A stretch of DNA of 64,000 bases. It comes from Paragordius varius (lineage: Eukaryota > Animalia > Nematomorpha). Under the pieces are notes generated by a model. The model was not told where the DNA came from. It ran no database searches and saw only the letters and a list, made by a program, of their open reading frames with translations. Position numbers and translations under genes: made by a program. Below, piece by piece: positions 1 through 13,700 of this stretch; position 1 is the stretch's first letter, and each line of letters starts with the position of its first letter. The stretch spans positions 6,882,001-6,946,000 of the forward strand of contig OZ176055.1 in assembly GCA_964247055.1 (NCBI GenBank). Reading direction: 5' to 3'.

Positions 1-910
1 AAAAGGAAAATTTGCGGCACTCATCGCCATCAGTAGAAAAAGGTATCGTTTGCTGGCAGAAATATATGGTGTACATCCTTTATCGATTAAATATTAAAAA
101 CATATCAAAATATCAAAAGTTATGATATGTGAAAGAGTGTGAAAGCTCTGGTAGATGGTACACCTCAACGATCAAGCGCAAGTGTTATTGGATGATGACC
201 CAATTGAAGTCCAACGGTATTTGATAGAAAATTGCCACAAAATCAATAGATGTCCACGATCAGCAGCCCAATAAACTCCCTAAATGGGCACAAAAATAAA
301 CTATACTCGAAATCCCAAAATTATTTGGAAATCCTTCAATACAAAAAACATTTTTGCATTTAATTGCGACTGTAAGAAATGTCTTTATTTTGTAAATCTG
401 AGCCAAAAAATCGTGGCTTTGCAAGGCCGTTCTATCCACAATAAGGCAAAATCTCTGCTAGCAAATCATATGTTGGTGCTAAAGCGGTATTGTCCAATAT
501 GAACTTTTAAAGTCCCGTGAAATTGTTTAACACAACACTCTTTCATACAAATCATTGATTAGAATTATGTGTTAATGGAAAAAGAATCGTAATAAGCTAG
601 AAAAAATAATATAAAAAAATCGCTTTGATAAGAAATATTTCATCATCCGCTGAACTTGGCGCCATCTGACTAATACAACTACATATCTGGGGACGAACAG
701 CAATTTATTTCGAAGACATTGGAAAAGGGCTGGACGAATGGTGGGCCGCAAAAGTCACTCGGTTTTCTGGCACAGCATTTATATATTACCAAATAGAGGA
801 GCTCAAAAGCCGATGGACAATATTTTGAATTGAATACATGATTAATTTTCTTATAACATGACATGATCTTTCAGCGTAAGATCGACAAGAAATTATAATT
901 ACATCTGGAA
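1..910 (+). pseudogene. Decayed mariner (Mos1-like) transposase, cut by the window start
   Basis: Fragments across stops and frameshifts match Mos1 in order: YRLLAEIYG (HRMLVEAFG), QVLLDDDP (QALLDEDD), FLHLIAT (FLHRIVTGDE), C*SGIVQYELLK (WDQSGVIYYELLK), LAPSD at ~655-670, LDEWWAAK (LDEWFAAK), ADGQYFE (SDGKYFE). Possible right TIR at ~880-908. Confidence 0.85.
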
Positions 911-1882
911 GCAACAGAGCATTTTGATATTATATAAACATGAATATTTTTAGTTAAAATATTGTTTTAAAAATTGCTCAAAGAGGACAAGAACGGTCAC
1001 GTTGATGTGGCATCATAAATAAAGCCGAAATAAACTCGATCAGTCAGGTGTAAAATAATATGATGAATTTATTTATGTATAAAATTAGCTGAGCAATTGT
1101 AAAATGCATATTTTGTAAACATATGCTTTGAGTATTTGGGTATTTCTAAAATCAACCAATTTTATAACCACATTTTATTTTAAACCATCCGTATATCCGA
1201 TATTTTATAAATAGGAAGTCTGATTTGTGAATTAAAATGCTTCACTTTAATACTAAAAATTAAAGCCTATAAATTATCTATATTCTTTATTTGTAATTAT
1301 ATAAAGGTTTTAATTTGATCTCATAAAAAATTTATAAAGCAAATAGACACAATAGTTTGCTAAAACTTTTTTAGGCTTTGTCCCAATTATCAATTCATCA
1401 AACTGAGGATATGAGCTTTTAAAACTTAATTTTTGACCCCGAATTCGACACATTTATAAATAGCTCTTTTCCTTATTTTGATATAAAAACTTAAACAATT
1501 CGGTAAAAAGTTGGTGTCGTTACATATAAAGAAAAAAAATAATACAAATTTCGGCATTGAATTGTTTCAAAAATTACTTTAATAATTTTAATTTATCAAA
1601 TGTATCAAGCCTACCGTTCTTTAATGGGCTTAATTTAAGGACTTTTAATCAATTTGATAGAATGAGCTAAAAAACATATTAAACTTTTTAATTTCCAACA
1701 GTTAAAGAAAGCACTTTTCCGCTATAATAAATATTAAAATATACCCAGTTCCGTTTTTTAATTTTGACTAAAGATGGTAGATAGATCTTAAACTCATAAC
1801 GAAAAACATCAAGATTTCTATCTTTTTTAAATTATTTTTTATATTTGTTTGGTGGTTGTAAAATTATTTATATCTTCATTAA

Positions 1883-2383
1883 CACTTCATGACCTTTTCA
1901 TATTTTAGTCTTAATTATTGGGGTACTTTTATATCCCAGAGTTTGTATTATAAACACTGTTTTGAAAGTTATTTTAGTTAAAATTTAATAAACATACATT
2001 TTTCTTATGTATTAGATATAAAAGCTTAAATTATTTCAGTTTTACGACTTCTAGAATCTAAAATGAGGACAGCTCGTCAACATGATTGAAACAAACAGCT
2101 GATATTATAATCATAGTTTTTGGTGATAAATTGTAGCTTGAAAGCTTTTTAAAGTTATTATTTACATTTTATAACCATAATATACATTTATTATTGCCTG
2201 TTGCATTTGCGATTTAAAATTAAAGATAAAAATGGAAGCGAAAAACTTTGAGAAGATTTTATTAATATTTTAAAGTTTTTAAATTTATATAAAGCACCAG
2301 GCTAAAGGAAGCATATTTTTAAAATAACTTAAATAATATTTAAGAATTCAACTGGATGTAAAAATTCAAAAGGTCATGAGCTG
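1883..2383. mobile_element. piggyBac-like MITE (family J), copy 1
   Basis: TTAA|CACTTCATGACCTTTT at the left end and AAAAGGTCATGAGCTG|TCAA at the right. The interior is homologous to 23915-24436 and partly to ~17990-18055. Confidence 0.6.
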
Positions 2384-2734
2384 TCAAACGAGAAAATTAC
2401 ATTAAAATAATTTTATTCCCCTCATTTTTTCTATCAAATTTTGCAGTGTTTTCTTTATAATTATTGATTTATATATTAGATCAAAATCACCACAAGATAC
2501 AACCACTTTAATTATATCAAAAGTTTTGATTTCTTAACCGGCGAAAAATTTACGTACTCATACTTTAACGTAATAGTTTTGGTCATTATTTTGTTAAATA
2601 CTCAATACCATTTTGCTAAAAAGGTAACTGGCTTTGTCATAGTATAATTGGTCAATTCGCAACGTTGACTAAAGCATCTGCTCTGCCTAAAAAAGCTTAT
2701 TTTTGCAAAATAGCTTCTTAAATTTTTGCATTTA

Positions 2735-2969
2735 CACACAAGTTCGATACCTGAGAGGGAAGAAAAAATAGGGGTTTAACTTTAATTTATAACAGTATTG
2801 TAAAATTATATAACTTTAAATAAGTGGAATTATACGAATACAACAATGACGAAAGAAAAAATAAATTTCAAAATTAATCCTTGTTGAATTAAATTTGTAA
2901 AAAATAAGTTTCCATTGTTATTTTATACAATTATATATTTTTTGTTTTTCCATCTCAGTACCGAACGGG
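2735..2969. mobile_element. piggyBac-like MITE remnant
   Basis: Right end CATCTCAGTACCGAACGGG|TTAA. Degenerate inverted left end (gttcgatacctgagaggg). Confidence 0.4.
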
Positions 2970-5374
2970 TTAAACACATGTCGAGAAAACAAATAATTAA
3001 GCGACAAAGTCAATGCCTTAGTTATGTTTTGCCTATTATAATTTATTAAATATTATATTTTAAATAATCTAATCTTATATAAATACCGGTTTATTGCAGA
3101 AGCTGACTCTGATGAAAGAATTATTAAATTTTGGGAATCAAATGTTGATCTGCTATAGCAATACGATTTTATAAGCCTGACCCCTTAAATAATAATTTTT
3201 CTGATAAAGAAAGCTATATAAGACTATATGATGCAAGATTATTTTATTATTAGACATCCCAAAAAAATATTTAAAATTTGACAGGGGACAAAATCAGTAT
3301 ACATAAAAACGTCTTGGAAAATTACAGCTACCTTGAAAGAGTACATCTTGATTTCGTACTTTTGGTTTTACGAGTTATATAAAAAATTTAAAAAATGGCG
3401 AATATATGCCCACATTATGTACAATTAAATTTATACATAGATGACATACTTAAAATTATGTTAATAAATAGCATCCTAACATGAAAGCGATTATAGTTGA
3501 GCGCTTTTTACCATACTATTTAAAATTTGAAAAAAACATGACTTTCAAGCCCATATTAAAACATATGCCATCCCAAAAATTTATTTATCAATTTATATTA
3601 ACTTTAATAATGCAATAAATTTAAAAACGGACCCCTTTTTCAATTATCTCTAAGCTTGATCCTATCTTCTGCCAAGACAACAATCGCACAAATACAAGTT
3701 ATCACCAATTGTCATCCAAAGAAATTAAAGTCTTTCGCATCGAGTTAAAAAGAGAATTAAAATTATCAGGCCGCGCTAGTTTTAAATATGATAGCAAAAT
3801 GTTTACAATACCCCTCATAACTTAAAATTAAATAGGCGGGAAAAAAATTGAAATCAGCAATCGTAGAATATTTGGATTCGTTAAACCATTTTAAAAGCCA
3901 CATGCAATAAATTATATAATGAATGCTATTTTATTAGAATTTAATATTGGAACAAACTTCTGCCCATTTTAAATATGAAAGTATGGAACAGTCATATCGC
4001 ATGAATAATCAAGTTGTTTATGAAATCTTTTATGATGCCGAAGAGATGAACGTCACATATAGCCCTTTTAATGTTCAAAAAAATGTGTATTGCCTAGGCA
4101 ATTAAAAAAATCCAGTTACTTATATATTTACATAAATTCAAAATGTATGATGATAGTAACTGAACTTTTTTAACGAAAATATTGATTATCTCCATAAATT
4201 GGAGTTTTACCTAAGTCATAAAATCTAACTCAAAACTTTTCAACCAAACTTCATAACAAAAATTTTTCAACCACACTAACCTCTTTAACCAAACTGTACA
4301 CTTTTTATTAAAAATTAACATTATTTTTTAATTTGCTGCTATCAAAAATTATTTTAAGCCCTTATAGCATATATAGGAATGAGTCCCTTAATCTTAAATT
4401 AAATCAATTATTATGTTTTCTTAAATTTTTGTTTTTTTAATCAAAATATTTTACCCAAATTTCCGTTAGGATAACTTATAATCATTTCCAGCATTTAAAA
4501 AATTGGATAATGCATTTTAAAAAATTAAATATTAACAAAGAATTTTTTATAGAGTTCGGTTGGAATAATGTTGAATTAAAGGTTTTAAGTTTGGTTCAAA
4601 AAGTACTAAGGTTTAAAAACGGTATTTAAAACACGGGAAGCTTTATATTGGAGGTAAAAATATTAGGGATAAAAATGTTTTTATACATATCTTAAAATAT
4701 TATTTGTTTCAATATATATTATAATTTATTTAAAAATAATTGCATTTCCCAATAAATACATTTAAATGGAATATATTGCTATCCATATATACTATATAAA
4801 TGTAATAAGATCATTATTATGCGATTGTGAAATAGATAAAATTTTATAGTGACCAGATATATAAGTATTTTTATGATATAATTATTTTTGTGAAAAAAAA
4901 ATTTAATTTTTTCTATTAGAACAAAAACTTAGCAGATATAAGGATATTAAATATGATCATAGGTAGATGGATGGAATGACTAAATATTACAAATGCAATA
5001 AATAATAAAATTTGTTATGGTTCCATATTATTCAAAAAAATAAATTAATTTATGTACTTCAATTAAAATTAAATACATTCCTAGTTTTTCAATCAATTTT
5101 TGGCAGATAACATTTACAGTAAAGAGCAATAAACATGGATTCAATAAAAAAGAAAAAAATATGTTTTTTTTCACCTTTCTTATCTGCAAATGCTATCTGG
5201 CAAGATTTAATAAAAAACCACAGTGCATTTACTCTGTATATTATAATTAGCCAAAATTTATCATATATAATGCATACAATATATTGTCATAATTTAAATG
5301 TCTGCAATACAAGATTTATAATATGCTTAGCCATAGATATATAGAGGCACCCACAATTACAAACAAAATTTATC

Positions 5375-6247
5375 TCAAAATTTTGAAGACACTAACTTTT
5401 TAAGCGTTTTGAAACGAGCCTCATCTAAATGCAAAATTGCTTGTAATGCATTCAAGTGCGAATCTATCGTAGATTTTGAACAAAACATTGGTGTTGATTG
5501 AGTATTTGTTTTGGGGGTAATATTTTGATTAGTAATACCACATTCTACATCTCCATTTTTCCCAATATCGTTCGTTTTACCTTTTTGAATGCTAATTCCA
5601 TCATTTTTACTGTGTGTAGTATGATTTATCAAATCACGGAGTAAATGATATACCACATCTCGTAAAAAGGATAATTTGATCGTTAATTGTTCCTTTTCAA
5701 ACATAGTTTTATTATACGATATGCTAAAATCTTCAAAAGCTCTTACCACATATTGGTGAAGTTGTGAAACCTTATCTCCAAGGCAAACATTTTCATTAAG
5801 TTTTTTATTGACAGCTACTTCCAAACCATCTGCATTTTTAGGTTTATTAGGTTCCTTTTTGTCCGTTATTGTATTCATCTTTTGCATATGCGTTTGGCTA
5901 GTTATTCCAATATTTTTTGAAGAAGTCACCTTTGTTTCTCTAAAACTATGCCTATACTTTGACAGGGATAAATTGTGTGTAGAAACTGTTTTAGCATTCT
6001 TGGTTAATTTCGGAGTAGATGCTACATGTCCAAGGTTAAGATTTGAAGTATTGTCACACAAATTACCAGGGGTAGTTTTTCCTCGAACATCGTTCCGTTT
6101 AGAGCAATTATTGGGAGGCAAATATTGTTTTATAATGGTGTGGGAACCATTAAGGGCGAGACCGATCGATGATTCAGATGAACTGCTAATAGCCGGTGTC
6201 AATGGTTGAAAATCTGATTTAAACTAGAAAAATTAATAAAAGGAAGT

Positions 6248-6292
<45 letters not shown>

Positions 6293-9200
6293 TTTATAAT
6301 CACTAAGGGCTAAACTTTAAGCCAATTTAAGTTTTGTTTATGAAACAACCGGATTCTCGGTACATAAAAGTATATTGAATATATAAAATCACAAAATATA
6401 ATTCGATTTAATTCAAGCGAAATATAAAATTGTCAGAAACTTGGATTTTATGAAATGAGTATATCAGCGCCTTGGATTCAAAACTAAGCACACCGATACT
6501 GTGTAATATATTTAATAGTATAATTAACGATAATATAACTCCAAACGAATGGAACAATAGCTTAATAATACCCCTATATAAGGGCAAAGGGGACAGACTT
6601 AACCCTGACTCCTATCGCCCAATAAAATTACTCGAACATGGTATGAAACTTTTTGAACTTATTCTATTAAATAAGCTAAAAGATAGGATAGATATAAATG
6701 AAATGCAGTGTGGTTTCTTACCCAACAAAGGAACCACAGACGCCATTTTCATCTTAAGACAACTTCAACAAGCACACCTTCGAAATAGCCCCTTATTTTA
6801 TGCCTTTATCGACCTCGAAAAGGCATTTGATTCGGTACCCCGAACTCTAATCCCATGGGCCCTACAAAACAAAGGCATTGACGAATGGATGGTTAAATCA
6901 ATAATGGCATTATATACCGAGTGCAAAGCTCAGGTGGCGACAAGCGTAGGGCACTCCGACTCACTCTCAATTAACTCCGGGCTGCATCAAGGCTCGCTCT
7001 TAAGCCCGTTCTTGTTTATAACTATTATGGATGAAATCTCTAAACCTTTAGAGCAAGGCTTACCAAACATCCTTTACGCCGACGACTTGGTATTAATGGC
7101 AAACAGTGAAGTGCAATTAAAGACAAATCTTGCGAGGTGGAAAGAACGGCTAGAGATGTTTGGACATAAGGTAAATGTATCCAAAACAAAATTAATGAAC
7201 GATAATAATAAATACAATCCCATTAAATGGCCCTGCTCAATATGTAATAAAGAAGTCAAAACCAACGCAATCCAATGCCTCAAATGTAAAAAATGGGTCC
7301 ACAAAAAATGCTCTCAGTTGAAATCGCTAAAATTACATCACGATTTTATATGCAGCAATTGCACCACGCCCAACCCAACTAAGCCTCCACAAAGTGTACG
7401 TAATGAAGAACCTTTTGAAACAGTACAAAGTTTCACATATTTGGGTGACATTATAAGCGCTGGTGGGGGCCTTGAACCAACCATCAATAACCGTATAAAA
7501 AACGCCTGGTCAAAATACCACCAACTCAAAAGTATTATAAACAATAAATACATCTCGTTCAAATCCAAATCGAATATGTACACCACCACCATACGACCCG
7601 TTCTAATTTACGCAACCGAAGCTATGGCTTTAACCAAAACAAATTCACTTAAGTTACAACTAGCGGAAAGGAGAATTCTAAAAACTATACTTTATGCTAC
7701 AAACCCAAACCTCTATAATTACAATAATAAATTTGATCCATATACTGTCCTACAAATGACTCCGCTTATCGATTGTTTGCGCACAAATCGTCTGAGATTT
7801 GCGGGACATGTTCACCGACGCTCACATGAAAGTTGGCTATACCGCATGGTCAATTTTTCTACAAGTTTGCGAAATCGTAAAGGACGTCCATTACAAAGTT
7901 GGCTTTCTATTGTGGAAAACGATCTGGCTATTTTAAACCTGAAAATTGAAGATGCACAGGACCGATGCTCATGGCGTAAATCTATCCGAAGGGTTACCTC
8001 CTTGTTGGGAGAAAAAACCCTTAAAGGTTGATATATAAAATAGCAAGAACCAAAAAATATTGAATTATTGTGTGTGCATTTTACCGTCTCATGCTTAAAT
8101 ATAATAAATTATTAATAAATAATTTGCGGCCCACGAAGCCTCTTGAATTTCAACATGAATAAATATCACTAGTCGACAAATTTGGACATTTTTGAGCACC
8201 ACCACTCAAACTTTTAAATTATGACTAATTTCAGTGTTTTAAAACCGAATGTGAAAAAATTTCTGATCCCGCCAATCAGAATTTTGAAATATTATAGGTT
8301 TTTCAATTTTTCAAAAACAAGAGAAAATCGAGAGAAAATTAAATATAACTTTATAATAAAATGTTATTATATTATAAACTTAATATCATTTAATAAAGCG
8401 TTTTAAACTCTATCTTTTGAATATAAATATGTCATTTAAATATCAGAGAGAAAAAAATAGTACGGACTTAAACGTCAAAATTTAGTCTTTTTCTTTCAAG
8501 TGAATTTTTAATACGTATAAAAATTTTTTAAAAAAATACTTAAAAAGGCATTCGATGGTTTAAACCTTCAGCTTTTAGATAGGCTATATTTTTTTGTTAG
8601 TTTTCGTTCTTTCGAGTATTTATTAGGCTTTTTTTCTTGAGTTGGTTCTTACAAAAAATCCTTTATTTATACCTAGTGGATATACTTTATTTTTTAAAAT
8701 TATTGGTTGTTTTGTATTTATAATTTCAGATGGATGTTGTGTAGCCACTTTTAGTAGAATTTACTATTATGGGATTGGACCATTTGTATTTACCTAATCT
8801 TTTTATTCAATTTAATTGTAGAATCTATCTAACTTTATTCTGTGAATTGGTTAATTTGACATGTCAATTTGCCAGGATTTTGCTTGCAAGTCTCTCTTAT
8901 CGGGCTTTACGATTACTTATTGTTATCTTTGCCATATCTGGCATAATTGGATCGCTTGGGGGATATGCAGAGCTTGTGCAGCCCCCCGGATCTATCACAC
9001 TATACATAAGCCCCTTTTAGATTTTTGATACTTTGGCTCTTAGCTTGTTTAGTATCTTATTTAATGCCTAGAATTTTGTTATTCATGCATGGAATATTAC
9101 TTGTATCGACTTGTTCGTTTGAATATTTAAACATATATACACGAGGAATGATTGTTATTTTTAAATTAAATACAAATTTAAAAATTAATTTTTGGAAAAA

Positions 9201-10321
9201 TCCTATTGGTGGCCTCAATTTTCTTTTTTGTTTTGGCCTTTCCATGCCATTAGGTATCATAAAATGCAAAAATAATGGGGTGGTGCAAAACCTTGTTGAG
9301 CAGTGTATTTAAGGCTCAAAAATCCAAAAATGAAATATAAGCTTTAAACATGACGATACATATTATTTTATGATAAACTGAAAATATCTCTACCTGATAT
9401 TACGATACCTGATGCATATATATTTATAAAAAATACTTAGAACTATTGTTAATATAAGAGAAACGTTCATAGTCAAAAGCAATTTTAAGGCAAAACATCA
9501 GGTCCAAAAAATTATATAATTTGACTATTACATTATTGTAAGCGAATACATGCGTTAGACTTCATGCCATTTATAATGTAATTTTTTGGACTTACATAGA
9601 ATAGAGCAAAATAAACTTATAAAGTTACCCGTTTAAAAAATTATTAATATTTTATGATTATAAAGCAAATAAATATACTAAACATTTTTATTGACTTATA
9701 AAAATGTTATGTTAAACATAACTTTGGCCCAAATATATAAAAGGGTTAACAAATTTATAACAATAAATTCTAATTAATTTTATACGGAAAAGAATTCAGC
9801 AATTTTCGTTAGTTATTCATTTATATATTTTTGGCATTATTTAATTAATTACCATGTTAAAAAATAACATGCTACCTGCTGTAAAAAATTAAAAAATTAT
9901 AAATTACTTACATCCGAAGTCGTTAAAAAACCGTATAAATCATTAAATCGTTCATTTAAAGGCGAAATGAGGTGTTGAGAAGCTAAAAAATATATATTTA
10001 AATACTTAAACTCGTATCTGGCCTTTCATATGATGTAATTTTGTCTAATAATTCGAAATTCTAAATTTATACTATATATTACCTCTAATTCCAAATTTTT
10101 GTACCTATCTTGCAAAAGAGTAAATGAATTTTCCAATTGCCTGTATTTTAATTTCAACTCCTTAATTTGATCATTTTTTCTTTGCAAAGGTGTTCTATAT
10201 ATTGGATTATCATCTAATGTTGTGCAATTGCAATGATACTCTGAAGAATGATACTCTTCCATGTAAAATTAATTATACCTGAGTAAGGGATTTGAACAAG
10301 ATGATTACATTGTTCATTCAT
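5375..10321 (-). CDS. Uncharacterised protein with N-terminal coiled coil (~350 aa)
   Basis: Exon 10255/10262..10083 (KNDQIKELKLKYRQLENSFTLLQDRYKNLELE, phase-0 donor gag|gtaata) joins in frame to the terminal exon 6223..5375 (acceptor ttttctag|, 283 codons). A possible first exon 10321..10279 joins via a 23-nt intron. The 3.9-kb intron holds the RTE. No family recognised. Confidence 0.55.
6253..6289. repeat. (TA)n microsatellite; others at ~26560-26597 and ~29268-29328
   Basis: Direct inspection. Confidence 0.95.
6457..8035 (+). mobile_element. 5'-truncated RTE-clade non-LTR retrotransposon with an uninterrupted RT ORF (6472..8031) containing a PHD-type finger
   Basis: RT motifs PLYKGKGD, YRPIKLL, QCGF, FIDLEKAFD, GLHQGSLLSPFLF, LYADD, FTYLG. 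RTE C-terminal motifs RLRFAGHVHRR and RKGRP. Cys array CSIC..CLKCKKWVHKKC..CSNC. No endonuclease domain. No clear TSD seen. Confidence 0.92.
8600..9309 (-). mobile_element. Possible decayed Tc1-like element (left end)
   Basis: The minus strand begins TA|CACTGCTCAACAA, resembling Tc1-type TIRs. Weak fragments RSGGLHKL and KQNPGK follow. The other TIR was not found. Confidence 0.3.
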
Positions 10322-10765
10322 TTGTGTGAGTGATTGCGTAATTTATATAAATATTTTATATTAACATTTATCACCACATATCTTTAAGGCTTTCCTTGAA
10401 ATGATTTAATATTTAATTATTTATTTGCTAACAAATCTGTTATGTAAAAAGAGAGTGCAGGTTGTCTAAGTTTGGAAGTTGGATTATTCACAATTTAAAT
10501 TTTAATAAATAAAATAGTATAAGAATTATTTAAGGATTTGTTCAAATAAATTCATGCTCTTTACATAATCATCAACTATCGACTTTGGCTATAAATGTCT
10601 ATCGAAACATAAAAGCGATAACCCTGAATTTGACACATGATATTACAAATCTCCAAAATTGAATAAAATTTATAGTTAAATAGCTACCGATATAAAATTG
10701 TACGTGTTATAAATGATTATTATATTAATTTATTTTGTATAATGATAGTGACAAATAATTTATCT

Positions 10766-13700
10766 TTATATTAGTTTTAGATTGTTTTGGTAGGGCTCCA
10801 CCATATCCCATAAAGGGTGAAGTTTTTTGATTCCTATAGATTAAGATTATATAGATTAAATAATCATAATAGTAAAATTTCTTTATTATTTAGTGTCAAT
10901 TATATAATACCTTTGGTAAAAACACTGCCAAATCTTTCATAAACCGGTGGCATTGATCTTCTAAATGATAAAAAATTATTAAAATATAATATTTTAAAAA
11001 AATAACACATACGGAACGGAGAGTCGAGGTGCAAGAGTGATTTCAAAAATTGCGCAAACTGGCTTATGATCCGAACATTTGATTGAATTTATGTGATTAT
11101 AATACAAAACTTTAGTTGTATTTTCAACATTTTCTGCCTGATTTTCCATTAAATGATCTTGAGAGTTTGTGCTTTGTTCAAATTTAATAGTTGTTTCCAA
11201 TGAATTTTGAATAGGTTCAAGAGATCCCTTATACATTATACGGTCCTATACATAGTGGTATTAAAAATTAGTTTAAATAGAAATATGGTAAATAATGTTT
11301 CACAAATTCCGAAACCATTATAACAATTGAAAATACATCATTCTTATGCTTTTAAAAATTTAAAAACAATTTTATTAAAGTTTACAATTACCGTATATGA
11401 TGGAACTCTATTTTTATGTGACGAATCATAAACATCAGTTCCAATGTCATATTTATATGTGGGTGGAAAATTGATTTTAGCTTCACTAAAACCACGGAAT
11501 AAATGCCCTATAAAACAATGATTAAATATTATTAGTATTTTTAATTTTTTCACAACAATACAAATATAAATGGCATATGAAGGATGCATTTTAGACATGG
11601 GCATAGCAAAATGAAAGATAATTTATATGAGAAAAATATACAGCTTAGTATATGATCATGGCCCTTTTTAACAAAAAAATGCAACTGAAAATTAATAATT
11701 ATATTTCGTTATCAAACATAACACATTTTGCTAAAATATTTACACCACTAAAGTTGTAATTATTATGATATATTATGTGTTTAAAATGAATACCATCCTG
11801 TCGATATTGATTCAATTGATCACATTCAAGGATGGAAGCAAAACTTTCTTTTGCTATTCGCCGCCTCTCATCAATTTTTTGTCGTATAAGTTTTTTACTA
11901 TCATCTTCAATGCGAAAATTGAAATCACCAAACCAAAATATATGATCATACACTTCAGTTACATCTTTTTCTTGGCCTTTATTCAATATATACAGTAAAA
12001 ATTAAAATTATACGGACAAACCGTAAAATATAAAGACAAATATTTTTTTAAAAAACCGCTGTACATTATACACACTTGATTTTTTAAAATATAATTCAGT
12101 TTTTTAAAACTCAAAGTATCAAATAGAGATGTAAATTGGTAACACAATCAATTATATATTTTAAAATTGTAAGTAAATAAGTTATAGAGGAAAAATTACG
12201 GTTTAAAAAGTATGGTTGTTGCCTTTTGAAATAAAATATTTGTATTTCTATTTTAGGTTTTTTCCGTATAATTTCAGTTTGAATTATATGTAAATGTGAT
12301 ATTTTTTATATTATTGTGCAAACTAAATTGCACACAAATGTTACCCTTAAAAATGGCCTTTCTAAACGGATTTTTCCACATAGTTTTCCCATAACCCGAA
12401 ATATGCTTCATACGTAATCGCATTAGTGTGTGAGAATAATTTTTAATCCGTTGTTTGGCATTACTTTCATGAGCTAAAATATACAGTAAAAATGATGGTA
12501 TACAGACAAAACATAATTTTCTAAAAAAGGAAAATAATTTTTAAATCATGATTTTTTTAATAATAATAATAATTCATCATTTTGGGTTGCGAAACGGAAT
12601 TTAAAATTTGTAATTTTATGTAGGAAAAATCAAAGTTTAAAGATTATGGTTATCCTTTTTTTAAAAATATTTCTCTTTTAACCTTATATTTTGTCCGTAA
12701 ACTTTTAATTTTGACTGTAAAATAATATTTTTTACAAAAAAATACTTCAAATAAAAGTTTTACTATTTAATTATTGCAGAAAAAAAACTAATTCTTACCA
12801 ATAAAATGGGAATTAATAAATAAAAATGTCGTCCCAAGCACGTTAAATGATGCAGCAAGAGAACCCTTAGTGCGAAGAAAAGTCGTCCATCCAAACACAA
12901 GAATGTCTTCTTTGACATCTACAATTATTTAGTAACATGGTTAAATATTATATGATTCCATATTTAAAAGTTGTAGAAACAAAAACTATATACAAAATAT
13001 GCTATATGCACAAAATAAAAAAGTTTAATATTGTTTAATAAAGTTATATACTTTTTTAGCGTTAATTCCTTTTACATTAATATAATGAAATAGTTTAAGT
13101 AAACACATATATTGTGTAATTATACAATTTGCTTTTTTGTTAAAATATTTTATTTTGAAATAAATAATATTACTGTAGATAGGTAAATATAAAAGCTATG
13201 TCAAGAATTATTCATGCAAAGATTCCTCAGATATCTAACCGTTTATAATATATAGTGTCACTGAACATTTAATCACATGTGCGACGTTGAGATAATTTGC
13301 ATGCATAATCTATAAATAAAATTGACAGGATTACATTAATAACTAAGGCACGTTATCTCGATATATAATATGTTTTACAGATAGATATCGACATATACAC
13401 ACATTTATAACTTTATTTAATAATTTTCAGGTAAAATTTAACATTTATAGACGTAATATTCGATAATTTATATAAAACATAAACGATATTTTGTTATATA
13501 TTATACTTCGAATAATATAACAAAACATCACCTGTGAAAAGGCATAATAAATGGCGACGAACAAAAATGAGTAGGTGAAGGTCAAAAAATGTTTTAACCA
13601 ACAATGGTACATACATTTCCCCCAAATGCTTTTGAATATAAATGGTCCATTTTCGTCTAATGAAGGATATTAAACACAATAAATATATTTATATTTTAGC

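Noticed and set aside
3100-3150. CTGATGA as another hammerhead core
   Set aside because: No stem II, GAAA or stem I pairing could be formed.
5808-6209. 133-aa plus-strand ORF
   Set aside because: Antisense shadow of the minus-strand terminal exon, with no recognisable motifs.
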